Shown here piece by piece: positions 9,947 through 20,002 of a stretch of 64,000 nt of DNA. Location: contig JBHLLG010000012.1 of assembly GCA_048885925.1 (NCBI GenBank), forward strand, positions 1 through 64,000, read 5' to 3'. This DNA comes from Candidatus Hermodarchaeota archaeon (lineage in GTDB: Archaea; Asgardarchaeota; Lokiarchaeia; Sigyniarchaeales; SOKP01). Within the stretch, counting starts at the first letter, position 1, and every line of letters begins with the position of its first letter. The notes under the pieces are model-generated. The model searched no databases. It worked only from the letters and a program-made list of their open reading frames with translations, and had not been told where the DNA came from. The position numbers were made by a program, and so were the translations under genes.

Positions 9947-10996
9947 TTATTGATCTTTAAAATGATCTTTATATTGCCTATACTCTTTTTCTTTTTTTTT
10001 CTTTCTTTCCCTAATTAGTTCAATAGGATCTTTTTCTTCATTTTCTTGAATCATGTATGTTTCTTCAAAACTTTTTTCAAACTGAGATTTGAATTTTTTA
10101 ATTTTTTTAGATATTTCATCACTAATTTCTATTTCCTTTTTTTTTTTAGTTTCAGTAGTAATATCTTTTAATTTCTCTCTGCTCTTTTTCCTCCTTAATC
10201 TCTCAAATTCTTTATCAGAAAGTTTTAAATAGTTTTCATAGGCTTCTTTTTGTTCTTCTTGTTTCTGTTTTAATTTTTCCAATTCTTCTTTCTCCTTAAC
10301 TTTCTTAATAATTTCTTTTTTAGCCTCTAACTCTTGCTCACTTAATTTACTCTCGTGTGCTTTCAAAAAACCATCAAATGTTAAACTTGATTTCTCTTCA
10401 AAAGATTTTATATAATTTTTAATTAGATTTGGATCAGTACCCTCAGGAATTAGACTTAACTGCCTATTAAGTCTCACTTGAAGTAAATCTCTATAATAGC
10501 GAATTAACCTTTTTATTGAATTTATAAAAAGTGTATTAAACTTTTGAGTGTCTAAAAGCACTATCCAATTAGGTATATCTATTGAAGGAATATATGATAC
10601 AGAGTCGATGATTTTACAGACCTTTTTCTCGTTTATCAAAAATAATCCTAATTCTTTTGCGATATCCTTATTTATTTTTAATTTTTTTAATGTATTTTTA
10701 TAGCTTTCTTTGTATTTTCTTATTAAAAGATCTTGAAATTCGAGAAATTTATTAAGATTATTTTTTGAAATTCCAATTAAATTTCTATTTACATTTTCCA
10801 ATAACCCTTTAATTTTTTTTATTTGACTAGAAAATTCATCATTTTCAATTTCTTTTTCAATTATTGGGAGATCTTTTTTGAAATTTTGAGAATTTTCTAT
10901 CAGTTGGTCTAGAATTAATTGGAGTTCTTCAATAGGGGATGTCAAGTCCTTAATTTTTTCTAGATCAAATAACTGTTTATCTTCCATTATATTCAA
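9947..10996 (-). CDS. Hypothetical coiled-coil, charged-helix protein
   Basis: 349 aa ORF, E/K-rich C-half, embedded in the operon. Confidence 0.7.
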   Translation of the reverse strand: MNIMEDKQLFDLEKIKDLTSPIEELQLILDQLIENSQNFKKDLPIIEKEIENDEFSSQIKKIKGLLENVNRNLIGISKNNLNKFLEFQDLLIRKYKESYKNTLKKLKINKDIAKELGLFLINEKKVCKIIDSVSYIPSIDIPNWIVLLDTQKFNTLFINSIKRLIRYYRDLLQVRLNRQLSLIPEGTDPNLIKNYIKSFEEKSSLTFDGFLKAHESKLSEQELEAKKEIIKKVKEKEELEKLKQKQEEQKEAYENYLKLSDKEFERLRRKKSREKLKDITTETKKKKEIEISDEISKKIKKFKSQFEKSFEETYMIQENEEKDPIELIRERKKKKEKEYRQYKDHFKDQ

Positions 10997-11035
10997 AAAA
11001 TGAATTTTTGTAAGAATTACTTTTTTTTAATTATT

Positions 11036-12142
11036 TTATATTTCAGGAGGGCTTGTGATTCTTTTGTCCCTATCATCATATCTGTTTATGGTTGCATTTT
11101 TTTTAAGATTACTTAAAATATCTTGTCTTTCAACATGAATAGCAGTACCACCTACTAGCTTTAATGATTGGTAAAAAAATTCATAAGTCATACGTCCAGT
11201 ATTAATTGATTTTAATAAAGCTACTCTTGTTCCTCTCTCAATATCAGACCCTGAATAACCATATGTTAAAGCTAAGAGCCCCTTTAGTTTATTTTTTTTA
11301 TTGAATTCTGTCCACAAAGTATTATCGTCAAATTCAGAAATGGTTCTCCCTAGTTTGATTTCTAATTCTTTTGATATTGACTCAATTTCTTTATATTCAT
11401 TATTTAAGTTTGAAATTATAGTGTTATCAATCCCAATTTTAGCCGTTTTTAACTTATTCATAAATGATTCAATTATTTTTTTTCTTAAATGATAATCAGG
11501 AAAATCGAATTTAAAATGAAATGTAAATCGACGCCAAATTGCTGAATCTAGTTGATGTTGGTGATTAGTAGCACCAAAAATCGCAAGAGGCACTCCTTCG
11601 TAGTTTACTCTATCTATAACCTGTAAAAATGAAATCACAGCCCTTTTTATTTCACCAACTTCATGAATATTAGATCTTTCCGAGCCAATTGCATCAATTT
11701 CATCAAAAAATAAAATAAAAGCATGCCTTTCTTTAGCAATTTCAGCCGCTAATTCAACCACGCCTCTTATATTTTTGATTGTATCTCCAAGTAAAGGTGA
11801 TACAAGTCTATCAGATTCCACAACACATATTGGTATATTGAATTTCTTAGCAAAACCTCTTGTTAAAGAGGTTTTTCCGGTACCAGGGGGTCCATATAGA
11901 AGTACCGTTAAATTTGGGCTTAATTTTGTATTTTTTAATTGTTCTGTGAATTCATTATATTTTTTTAATGCTTCAAAAAAATCATTAAGAATTTCCTTTT
12001 TTGTTTCATTTCCTAAAATATCATCTACGGATTCCTTAATATCTGATGGAAAGTAAACAGCTCCATATTTTCCAATTCGTTCTTTTACAACATCATCCGT
12101 AAATATAATTTCATTTTCTTTTTCAGTACTAAGCTTACTCAT
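11036..12142 (-). CDS. Classical-clade AAA+ ATPase (single domain)
   Basis: Walker A GPPGTGKT, Walker B FFDEID, SRH ATNHQHQLDSAIWRRF, GYSGSDIE lid. Confidence 0.92.
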   Translation of the reverse strand: MSKLSTEKENEIIFTDDVVKERIGKYGAVYFPSDIKESVDDILGNETKKEILNDFFEALKKYNEFTEQLKNTKLSPNLTVLLYGPPGTGKTSLTRGFAKKFNIPICVVESDRLVSPLLGDTIKNIRGVVELAAEIAKERHAFILFFDEIDAIGSERSNIHEVGEIKRAVISFLQVIDRVNYEGVPLAIFGATNHQHQLDSAIWRRFTFHFKFDFPDYHLRKKIIESFMNKLKTAKIGIDNTIISNLNNEYKEIESISKELEIKLGRTISEFDDNTLWTEFNKKNKLKGLLALTYGYSGSDIERGTRVALLKSINTGRMTYEFFYQSLKLVGGTAIHVERQDILSNLKKNATINRYDDRDKRITSPPEI

Positions 12143-12153
12143 TCTTGTTCACA

Positions 12154-13458
12154 TCATATTTTATTTTTTTCATTAATTTTTTCACAATATAATGATATTT
12201 CATTAATAAAATCTTTAAGATTATCTATTTGGGATCCAATAAAGTTAAAGATTTCTTTCCGATATTGAACTGAATCTCTAATTTTCATCTTATCTAAACC
12301 TAAATAATTAGGAAAACAAATAAGTTTCATTAAATATGGAAGAACTTTCTCATTTGTTTGCAGATCCTTAAAAATACCATAGAATATATTCTCATCAGAT
12401 AGTTTCCATTTTAAAATACCCATGTAAATAAGGAAAGCAAAATTCATCGCAATCCAATTGATTAATTCTTTTGATAAAAAACCACGTCTCTGTGAAGCGA
12501 AAGCTAAATAATAAACAATTAAAGTTTCATTACTAAATTGAGGATAATACCTAATTGTCCCATCTGATTGTTTATTCTCTCGTAAAAAATTATTTTCTAA
12601 TAAGATGTCAACAAAATCATTTTGGGGGGCTAAAAATATACCATCAATTAAGCGTAAACCAATACGTTCAATAACTTTTTCAATAGCTTCTTCTTCTGCT
12701 GTCGCTATTGAGTCAATATAGGGTAAAAATACATCATTTTTTAAGATCATCGGAAGTTCATGATTGTCTCTTTCAGGGAATTCTCCAAAATTAGGATCCA
12801 AATTATAAAGAGAGGTTATATTATTTATTATTTGATAAACTTTTGGGGATATTCCAGGAATTTCAAAGTAATCCGAACTTTCTAAATTTTCTCGATAATA
12901 AGTATGAGATTGTAATAAATGTCTCTGACACTCATAAAAATCAGGAGAATATTGTAATAATTTGTTATAAATAATTCTAACGTTTGCTCCTCTTGGAAAT
13001 AATCTTTCCTCAATAAATTTAATTAATTGATATAAATATGTATTTTCAAGATTTAATTCATCAGGATTAGTAATATGACGTAAAATATTTAAAGCGTCAA
13101 TTGATTCATGGAGAAATTCTAAAATGTAATCCTTAATATCAATTATTGGAATTTTTTCTCGATATTTAACAATAAAATCTTTAATGATTTCATAAATATT
13201 CGATCTGTACATAGCAGAAAACTCTGAAAGTGCCCTAACTTTTCTGATATTTCGTTTTTCTTCCTCTTGTCGTATTTTATCTAAAACATCTGTATCTAAT
13301 AATAAATCCGCATCTAAATCAATTATAATTCTTCGTGTTTCTCTAAGAATTGGGCGCATATGACTTAAGAAAGTTAAATATCTCGGTAAAATATCTGTCC
13401 ATTTTTCTCTCTTTCTGCCTGGTTTTACAGTTCTAGAAGATTTTTTCTTATAACTCAT
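12154..13458 (-). CDS. Hypothetical protein
   Basis: 434 aa ORF within the tight minus-strand operon; no family recognised. Confidence 0.75.
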   Translation of the reverse strand: MSYKKKSSRTVKPGRKREKWTDILPRYLTFLSHMRPILRETRRIIIDLDADLLLDTDVLDKIRQEEEKRNIRKVRALSEFSAMYRSNIYEIIKDFIVKYREKIPIIDIKDYILEFLHESIDALNILRHITNPDELNLENTYLYQLIKFIEERLFPRGANVRIIYNKLLQYSPDFYECQRHLLQSHTYYRENLESSDYFEIPGISPKVYQIINNITSLYNLDPNFGEFPERDNHELPMILKNDVFLPYIDSIATAEEEAIEKVIERIGLRLIDGIFLAPQNDFVDILLENNFLRENKQSDGTIRYYPQFSNETLIVYYLAFASQRRGFLSKELINWIAMNFAFLIYMGILKWKLSDENIFYGIFKDLQTNEKVLPYLMKLICFPNYLGLDKMKIRDSVQYRKEIFNFIGSQIDNLKDFINEISLYCEKINEKNKI

Positions 13459-13482
13459 TTTTTTAGTTCTATTTAATCATTT

Positions 13483-14622
13483 CTATTCTTCTTCATACCC
13501 TACTAAAATTTCTGTAAATATATTGGAGATTTCAATAAATATTGGAATTTCTACACGACATAAATTCCCAAGTATCCATTTATTAACGTCCTTAAGAAGA
13601 AATCTTATTTGGTTATGAATCTTTTTATTAATTTCGGAATCAATTATTTTTGAGAACCATAAGCCTCCTCCTATTCTATAAGCAATAATTTTAATGAGAG
13701 GCTCAAATAATGGTTCTAGAACTTGTTTCATCATCCAAGATTTTGGAATAACACTCATATTATTTTCATCGAAATTAGGATCGTTTAAAATCGGATTTGT
13801 TTCATCAATATTTAATTTTGGCATAAAACTGAGTAATAAAATTAATGCAAATATTGCAGATATACCATTAATTGTGTAGGAACCACCAATCTTTTCTATA
13901 TCGTCTCTATTAATAGCAATATTTGCTAGAAACATACATATAAATACGTTTCTGTCAAAATTTTTCGAAACATAAGCATATCCTAATTCCTCATTAATGA
14001 TCAAATATTTCTCTTCAAGAATTTTTATAATTTCATCTGGAAATGTATAAAATACATAGATTTTTTCATCACTCCGTCTAACATCTTTTTCAATTAAGAG
14101 TTCTTTTGATACGAGGCCAAACATATTGACAAGTTCTTCAAGCTGTTTTTTTACATAATGACGTGGTCTATTAGGATCTCCAAACATAGCAAAAAATTGA
14201 TGATCTACGATATGAAAATCATTTCTTTTGCTAAATGCTTCAACCATTCTATCTATTATTGGTCCTTGAGTTCCAGACGCGATAGCTTTTGCTTTTGAAG
14301 ACACAAATCCATTTAACAATTCATTAATAATGAAATCTTGTTCATGAGTCCTTGATTTTAGAATTTTTTCAAAAGCTTCAGAGAATTCTTTTGTATTTGG
14401 AAAAAAAGCATTTTGAATTTTATCATTTATCGATTTTTTAAAAATTTCTCCATCGTTTTTAGGAAAATGAATTTTTATATTATTTAATCTTTGGATAAGA
14501 GCTTCTTTTGCTCCTGGAATATTTTCTATATTCCTTTTTTGTAATTGTTCTAAGGATTTTTCAAGACCTCTTTGAAAATCGTTTAATAATCCATTCCATG
14601 TTTTATCTTGAGCTTCTACCAT
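13483..14622 (-). CDS. Hypothetical protein
   Basis: 379 aa ORF within the operon; no family recognised. Confidence 0.75.
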   Translation of the reverse strand: MVEAQDKTWNGLLNDFQRGLEKSLEQLQKRNIENIPGAKEALIQRLNNIKIHFPKNDGEIFKKSINDKIQNAFFPNTKEFSEAFEKILKSRTHEQDFIINELLNGFVSSKAKAIASGTQGPIIDRMVEAFSKRNDFHIVDHQFFAMFGDPNRPRHYVKKQLEELVNMFGLVSKELLIEKDVRRSDEKIYVFYTFPDEIIKILEEKYLIINEELGYAYVSKNFDRNVFICMFLANIAINRDDIEKIGGSYTINGISAIFALILLLSFMPKLNIDETNPILNDPNFDENNMSVIPKSWMMKQVLEPLFEPLIKIIAYRIGGGLWFSKIIDSEINKKIHNQIRFLLKDVNKWILGNLCRVEIPIFIEISNIFTEILVGYEEE

Positions 14623-14664
14623 TTTTTAATCTCAATTTCTTGCATTTTTAATTTATTTTCAATT

Positions 14665-15618
14665 TCAGATTAATTCCGTTGATATACTTTTTAATGCATT
14701 AATTAATGGTCTAACAATTTTTTTTTCATAAATATTTGGAGAAGACATACCTTTTTGTGCTTTCCAGCCCATCTGAGTACCATCTCCCAATTCTCTTTGA
14801 CCATATTTTAAAATAGTGCTTAGATCTCGAACCCACCAATAGAATCTGAGCCATTTTTTATTTGGATTATCCTTAGAATAGATAATTGCTAATGCTTTCC
14901 ATTCTCCCATCAACCATTTAACTGTTATCCCTGCTACAGGTAAATAATAATTTATAGGGAAATTACCATGAAATCGAAGATCGAGATCGTTTGGTGCAAT
15001 ATTAAAAATTGGTTGATTATAACCCTCTAATATAACAATCTCTCCACAATGTTGACATTCATAATGAGACTTCATTTTATCCATTTTTTTTTGACATTTA
15101 GGACATGTTCGATTTTCAAGAATTCTATATTTAACTATCTCAAGATTCTTTTCCTTTTCTAAATCCTTTTCTTTTTTTGGTTCTTTTTTGCCATATCTTC
15201 CGCTCCAATTCCATATATCGTCAAATGAGTCATCTATCTTTTCTAAACTTAGAATAGTGTTATTTAAAACACTCTTATCATAAATTTTAAACATCCCAGC
15301 ATGTTGATAATTTTTCCACCATGACAATCTTACATATTTTTCATCTTTTATATAAGGATTATGACAAATTAATACTGCGAATAATCTATTTTCAGTTTTA
15401 TTTATTATAATTCCTTTTTCGCAGATTTCATATTGTTTATTTAAACTTGCATTTTTGTGAAAATATTCACCATCATAAAAATCTCCATCTTCAACTCCTT
15501 CTTTAAATTTTGATTCTTTATCTTTTTCCTTTTGCTTGATTATTTTTTTACATTGAGGACATTGGAATATCCCTGCCACTAAAGGTTCCATCTTAATATT
15601 ACATGCAGGACAATTCAA
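14665..15618 (-). CDS. Internally duplicated protein: zinc ribbon plus beta-rich (PC4/Pur-like?) domain, twice
   Basis: CPAC...CPQC and CPKC...CQHC; paired motifs KYVRLSWW / KWLRFYWW and KIYDKSVL / NIYEKKIV. Confidence 0.65.
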   Translation of the reverse strand: MNCPACNIKMEPLVAGIFQCPQCKKIIKQKEKDKESKFKEGVEDGDFYDGEYFHKNASLNKQYEICEKGIIINKTENRLFAVLICHNPYIKDEKYVRLSWWKNYQHAGMFKIYDKSVLNNTILSLEKIDDSFDDIWNWSGRYGKKEPKKEKDLEKEKNLEIVKYRILENRTCPKCQKKMDKMKSHYECQHCGEIVILEGYNQPIFNIAPNDLDLRFHGNFPINYYLPVAGITVKWLMGEWKALAIIYSKDNPNKKWLRFYWWVRDLSTILKYGQRELGDGTQMGWKAQKGMSSPNIYEKKIVRPLINALKSISTELI

Positions 15619-15620
15619 TT

Positions 15621-16721
15621 TTAATTATCACCATTCATTATAATTAATCTTTCATAATCAAGATTTAATAATTTTAATTCTTTTTGAGTAAGTTTATTAA
15701 TATGATCGTTAATTTTAATTAATTCTTTCCGCAAATCTATTAGTGAATTCTGAATATTGTCTACTATTTTATCTTCATTAAAAGATATCTTCTCTATAAA
15801 GTCTAAATAACTGAACTTTTTATCTTTACCAGAATAATTCTTTTTTAATTCATTTATTTTATTATCAATTCCTTCAACTTGATTCCTAATTATTAAAAGG
15901 GATGAAAGTTGAGAGTTCCATCTTTTAAATATATCATTGTCTCTATTGATTTTATCGAAATTGAACTTATCTGAGAGTTCAACTTTTTCATCCTTTAAAT
16001 ATTGTGAAATTTCTTTATTCTCTTCAATTGCTTTTTTAATTTTTTTAATAACTGGTGTTGTATTTAAAATGGGTTCAAAAATTTTAATAAATTCAGCAAC
16101 TTTTTCTTGAATTTCTTTAAATCTTTGATAAAAACTTTCAATTGTTATTTCAATCTTAATTGCTTGATAAATATTTCCATATTGGTCTAAAATATAATAA
16201 AGATCATCTGAGAGAGTATAATCATGTTCTCCAATTTCAAAAATTAATGAATGCAGAGTATTACTTTTTTCGCATCTTACTCCTTTTAGCTTAGTAAGAG
16301 CTAAATTAAAATTTCTCCTATTTAAAGATTTAAATTTCTTATTAATAATTAAAAAAAGTGTGTCATCAGGAACAGAAATTACATTATTTTCAATGGTTAT
16401 TGTTTCTTCTCCTATTTTTATGATAAAATCACCATCCTTTTGTTTAAATTCTTTTAAACTTCTAATATTTTTCATTAATCCTAAATCAATATAAATATCA
16501 GTAAATTCCTCATCCCAAAAATTAACAATGTTATTCTTGTAAATTTCATCCAAGATTAAAATCCTCTCATAAGATTCTATGAGGGATCTATGACTTAAAT
16601 CTTTAAATAAATCATTTCGTATAACGTAAAGGAATAATATGATATATCTCATATCAATATCGTCAAGAATTTTATCAATTAAATTTCTATCATCTACCAA
16701 TGTTAATTTTCTATGTTCCAT
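15621..16721 (-). CDS. Hypothetical protein (probable winged-helix N-half plus coiled-coil C-half)
   Basis: 366 aa; first gene of the operon; heptad-rich C-terminus. Confidence 0.7.
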   Translation of the reverse strand: MEHRKLTLVDDRNLIDKILDDIDMRYIILFLYVIRNDLFKDLSHRSLIESYERILILDEIYKNNIVNFWDEEFTDIYIDLGLMKNIRSLKEFKQKDGDFIIKIGEETITIENNVISVPDDTLFLIINKKFKSLNRRNFNLALTKLKGVRCEKSNTLHSLIFEIGEHDYTLSDDLYYILDQYGNIYQAIKIEITIESFYQRFKEIQEKVAEFIKIFEPILNTTPVIKKIKKAIEENKEISQYLKDEKVELSDKFNFDKINRDNDIFKRWNSQLSSLLIIRNQVEGIDNKINELKKNYSGKDKKFSYLDFIEKISFNEDKIVDNIQNSLIDLRKELIKINDHINKLTQKELKLLNLDYERLIIMNGDN

Positions 16722-16920
16722 ACCTAAAATCCACTTCCTAAAATTATAATTGCTAAAACAGTTCAGTTAAAAAGAGTAAATAAAGTAATTAATCATTACT
16801 AAAAAATTTTACTAATTCCTTTAAAAGATTTAACCTAAAAGCAAAAATATTTTAGCTTTGCCTTTCTTTATTCTACATGAGTAACATTATAATTTTTGAG
16901 AAAATAAGAGGTTTATCTCA

Positions 16921-17499
16921 ATGGGAAGAAGAAAACGTAAACAAGTTTCACCGAAGCGTATGAAAAGAGTACCTAAAATATTTACTTGTCCAGAATGTGG
17001 AGAAAAAAGCGTTAAAGTAACCGATTTAAAGAAAAAGGATGCTTTTGCAACTGTAAAATGTGGAAATTGTGGTTTAGCAAAAGAAGTTTTAGTTAATTCT
17101 TTTTCAGAACCTGTGGATGCATTTGGAGATTTTATTGATATATTTTATGCTGATCAAGAACTTCAAAGATTAGAAAAAAGAATTAAGAAACTTAAAGAAG
17201 ATAATGAATGGGGGGAATTAACATTAGCTTATTCGATCCTTTCCGATCTTTGTAAAACAAAGGCTGCTATACTATTAGATGAAGAAGATATTGATTTAGA
17301 TGAAGTTAATGATTGGAAAATGAAGGCCGAAAATTATAAACGTCTCGAAAAAGAAGCGTTATTAAAGTTAGATACTGAAGAATTAGAAAGGGGTGTTCGA
17401 ACAGACGAGGAATCTTTATTTGCAGAAAGCGATACTAAAATAAAAAAAGAAAGAAAAATTGATGACATTTTTGATGATCCTGGTTTTCTAGAATTTTAA
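16921..17499 (+). CDS. elf1: Transcription elongation factor Elf1 with C-terminal helical/acidic extension
   Basis: MGRRKRK...PKIFTCPECG...VKCGNCG...EPVDAFGDFID; GAGG SD upstream. Confidence 0.88.
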   Translation: MGRRKRKQVSPKRMKRVPKIFTCPECGEKSVKVTDLKKKDAFATVKCGNCGLAKEVLVNSFSEPVDAFGDFIDIFYADQELQRLEKRIKKLKEDNEWGELTLAYSILSDLCKTKAAILLDEEDIDLDEVNDWKMKAENYKRLEKEALLKLDTEELERGVRTDEESLFAESDTKIKKERKIDDIFDDPGFLEF

Positions 17500-17671
17500 A
17501 AACATTTTATTCAATCCCTAAAGAAGATTTTATAGAAAAAATTCTTGTATACTCATTTTATTATATTTATAAAACTTCTTCTCTTAATTGAATATGTAAT
17601 TAAAAATATGGTTTGCCATTTAGTTTAAAAAAAAGATTAAATCCCTTGAAGATTAATTTTCTTCAATTTTT

Positions 17672-18121
17672 TTAACCTGATTGCGATTTCCTCTTAGCAA
17701 AAAGCTGCTTGAGTTCACCCATAATGGCACCTCTGAGCGATACTGGACTTGCAGGCCTAGCAGGGCCTGGACCTCCTGGTGGGCCTCCTGGTGGACCTCC
17801 CGGTGGTGGTGGAGGTGGACCTCCTGGCGGAACTCCTGGTGCACGTGTTGCTACAGGTGCTGTTGCTCCCGAAGCGATTGCTGCTGGACCCCCCGATGAT
17901 CCGGATGTGATTGATGCCATCTGGTTATTTAGGGATGTTATTTGATTTTGTAAATTTGCAACTCTATCGTTTATAGACCCTAATGATTGATCTACCAAAT
18001 CAGGGATACGTAAGACAATTGACATTATTTTTTCAATGATGTCCCCGAAAGCATTGAGTTTTTCCTCCAAAGGTGCCTTTCTAGTACTATCTAAGAAGCT
18101 TGCGAATTCTTCAGCACACAT
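17672..18121 (-). CDS. Coiled-coil plus polyproline plus C-terminal amphipathic helix protein (VASP/WASP-family-like architecture)
   Basis: N-terminal heptads; PPGGPPPPPPGGPPGGPPGGPG; SLRGAIMGELKQLFAKRK. Confidence 0.7.
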   Translation of the reverse strand: MCAEEFASFLDSTRKAPLEEKLNAFGDIIEKIMSIVLRIPDLVDQSLGSINDRVANLQNQITSLNNQMASITSGSSGGPAAIASGATAPVATRAPGVPPGGPPPPPPGGPPGGPPGGPGPARPASPVSLRGAIMGELKQLFAKRKSQSG

Positions 18122-18242
18122 TTTAACTCTTTAATACTTATATATTTTTTCTTTTCTAATAATTTAATAGATTTTTGTTTAATAAATTTAAGTTTAAGCT
18201 TAAGAAATTTTTTTTGTAATAAAAAAGAAAGAAAATAATTAA

Positions 18243-18866
18243 TTAACTTAATTCAGTTACTGTGTCTTTTAATTTTATCCATAAAGAATTAATTTCATTT
18301 CTTACTTCTATGAATTGATGAATTTTTTTAAGTAAAATGTCCCTAGCCCGATCAAAATCTCTCTGAACATCATTTAACTGTTGGTCTAGGATGTTTAATT
18401 TATCACCATCAATTAGTTTGTTTTTAGCTTTTTCAACATCAAGGGCTTTCTTTATTACATGTGATCGCCTACTAGCAACGTTTGCTAAAGCATCAACAAA
18501 TTCTTCTTTCTTTTGAACTAAATATTCTTTTTGTATAGCAAGGTCTTTGATAGCATTTAAGTATTTATTATTTGCTTTAATATAATCATCATTTTTTTGG
18601 ATAATTTCTTTATATAAGTTTACTTCCTCATCTTTAATGTTAGATCTATGTTCTCGAGCAAGGGTTTGCATTTGTTTTAACACATCTCTAAAAGTTCTAT
18701 TTAGCATATCTCGTATTATGTTTGTTTTTGAAATATTTTCTGCATACTTTTTCTGAGAACTAATTAGATCACTCTGAGCTTTAGCTAATTTTTTAAATTG
18801 GGAAACTAGCTCCCTCTCCTGCTTCGCTAAAATCAGTTCATCTTCGTGCGTAATTATTGGACTCAT
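18243..18866 (-). CDS. All-helical protein, BAR-domain-like (SNX-BAR/Vps5/Pil1-like)
   Basis: 207 aa, three long amphipathic helices, only one Pro; C-terminal KLNILDQQLNDVQRDFDRARD..KKIHQF resembles SNX-BAR helix 3. Confidence 0.55.
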   Translation of the reverse strand: MSPIITHEDELILAKQERELVSQFKKLAKAQSDLISSQKKYAENISKTNIIRDMLNRTFRDVLKQMQTLAREHRSNIKDEEVNLYKEIIQKNDDYIKANNKYLNAIKDLAIQKEYLVQKKEEFVDALANVASRRSHVIKKALDVEKAKNKLIDGDKLNILDQQLNDVQRDFDRARDILLKKIHQFIEVRNEINSLWIKLKDTVTELS

Positions 18867-18958
18867 ATAATATCACTATTCTTTGTTTCATAAAATTCCT
18901 TTAAAAATGTTATAAGATTTGGTTATTTTGATTAATATAATTTTTTTAATATTTAAGT

Positions 18959-19993
18959 TTATATTGAAAAGGATGCTGTTAAAATATTATCTTTATGATC
19001 AGCTTTTATTATTTTTGCTTCAATATACTTTCCTATTAACTTTTCAGTATCATTGATTGTTTTGTTTATTAGTAGTTTAACACCAAGATTATCATTAATT
19101 TTCCCAATATATTCATTTTCCCAACGACCTTTGGATATGATTTTCAATCCTATTGAATCATTTTTTTTTATATTTAAAGATCCAACAATTTTTCGTTTGT
19201 GAATTCCAAAATCAAGAGGTCCGAGTTTTAATTTGATATAATATTTTTTTTCAAGTTTAGATAAATGATCATAAAAATAACCCCAAGTTTTGGGTCTAAC
19301 TTTTTTTAATCTTCTTCCTGTCTTATAAATTAAATATTTTTGAATTCCTAACTGAATTTTCTTATCAGAAAATCCCTTTCTCCTTAATTCTATAACAAAT
19401 TTCACGATATCTTCAATATCTTTATCATTTTCTCTCGGAAACCAAACAGGTGCTAATAATACATCGATATCTGTGTTTAGTAGACATAAAATATTCTTTA
19501 TAAGACCTTCCATATTATAATTATCACAATCGCATAAAAATTCGGCTTTTTTTTGGTTAAGAGAATTTAAACTAATATTTATCCGTGTTATCTTTGAGTC
19601 TACCAATTTTTCAATTATTTTATCATTAAGTAATAATCCATTTGTTTGCATTGATATAGTTTCAATTCCTTCTATCTTCCAGAGTGATCTAATTAACTCA
19701 ATTAATTTTTGATATAATAAAATTTCACCATAAGGAGCAAAATGAATTTCGATTTTATAATTTCCTTTAATCGCAACAATCTCTTCTATTTTCTTAAGCA
19801 TATATTGTGAATCAACAATAAAATTAGTGTTATAATCTCCAGCGCTTACAAAACAATATTTACATCTTAAATTACATAACGTAAGAGGCTTAATTTCTAT
19901 AACATTAGTCCCTCTATCAATAATACCAATAAAATCTAATCCAAATAATGGAATTTCTGATTTCTTATCCACATAAATTATATCAGATTTCAT
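18959..19993 (-). CDS. Radical SAM protein (archaeal COG2100-like)
   Basis: GIIDRGTNVIEIKP..CNLRCKYC (CX3CX2C), SMQTNG. Confidence 0.88.
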   Translation of the reverse strand: MKSDIIYVDKKSEIPLFGLDFIGIIDRGTNVIEIKPLTLCNLRCKYCFVSAGDYNTNFIVDSQYMLKKIEEIVAIKGNYKIEIHFAPYGEILLYQKLIELIRSLWKIEGIETISMQTNGLLLNDKIIEKLVDSKITRINISLNSLNQKKAEFLCDCDNYNMEGLIKNILCLLNTDIDVLLAPVWFPRENDKDIEDIVKFVIELRRKGFSDKKIQLGIQKYLIYKTGRRLKKVRPKTWGYFYDHLSKLEKKYYIKLKLGPLDFGIHKRKIVGSLNIKKNDSIGLKIISKGRWENEYIGKINDNLGVKLLINKTINDTEKLIGKYIEAKIIKADHKDNILTASFSI

Positions 19994-20002
19994 AATTATT
20001 TC

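Noticed and set aside
17681-17945. GC-rich patch and plus-strand Gly/Pro or Trp-rich ORFs as an ncRNA, repeat or gene
   Set aside because: Explained as the antisense of Pro/Gly codons in the minus-strand 149-aa gene.
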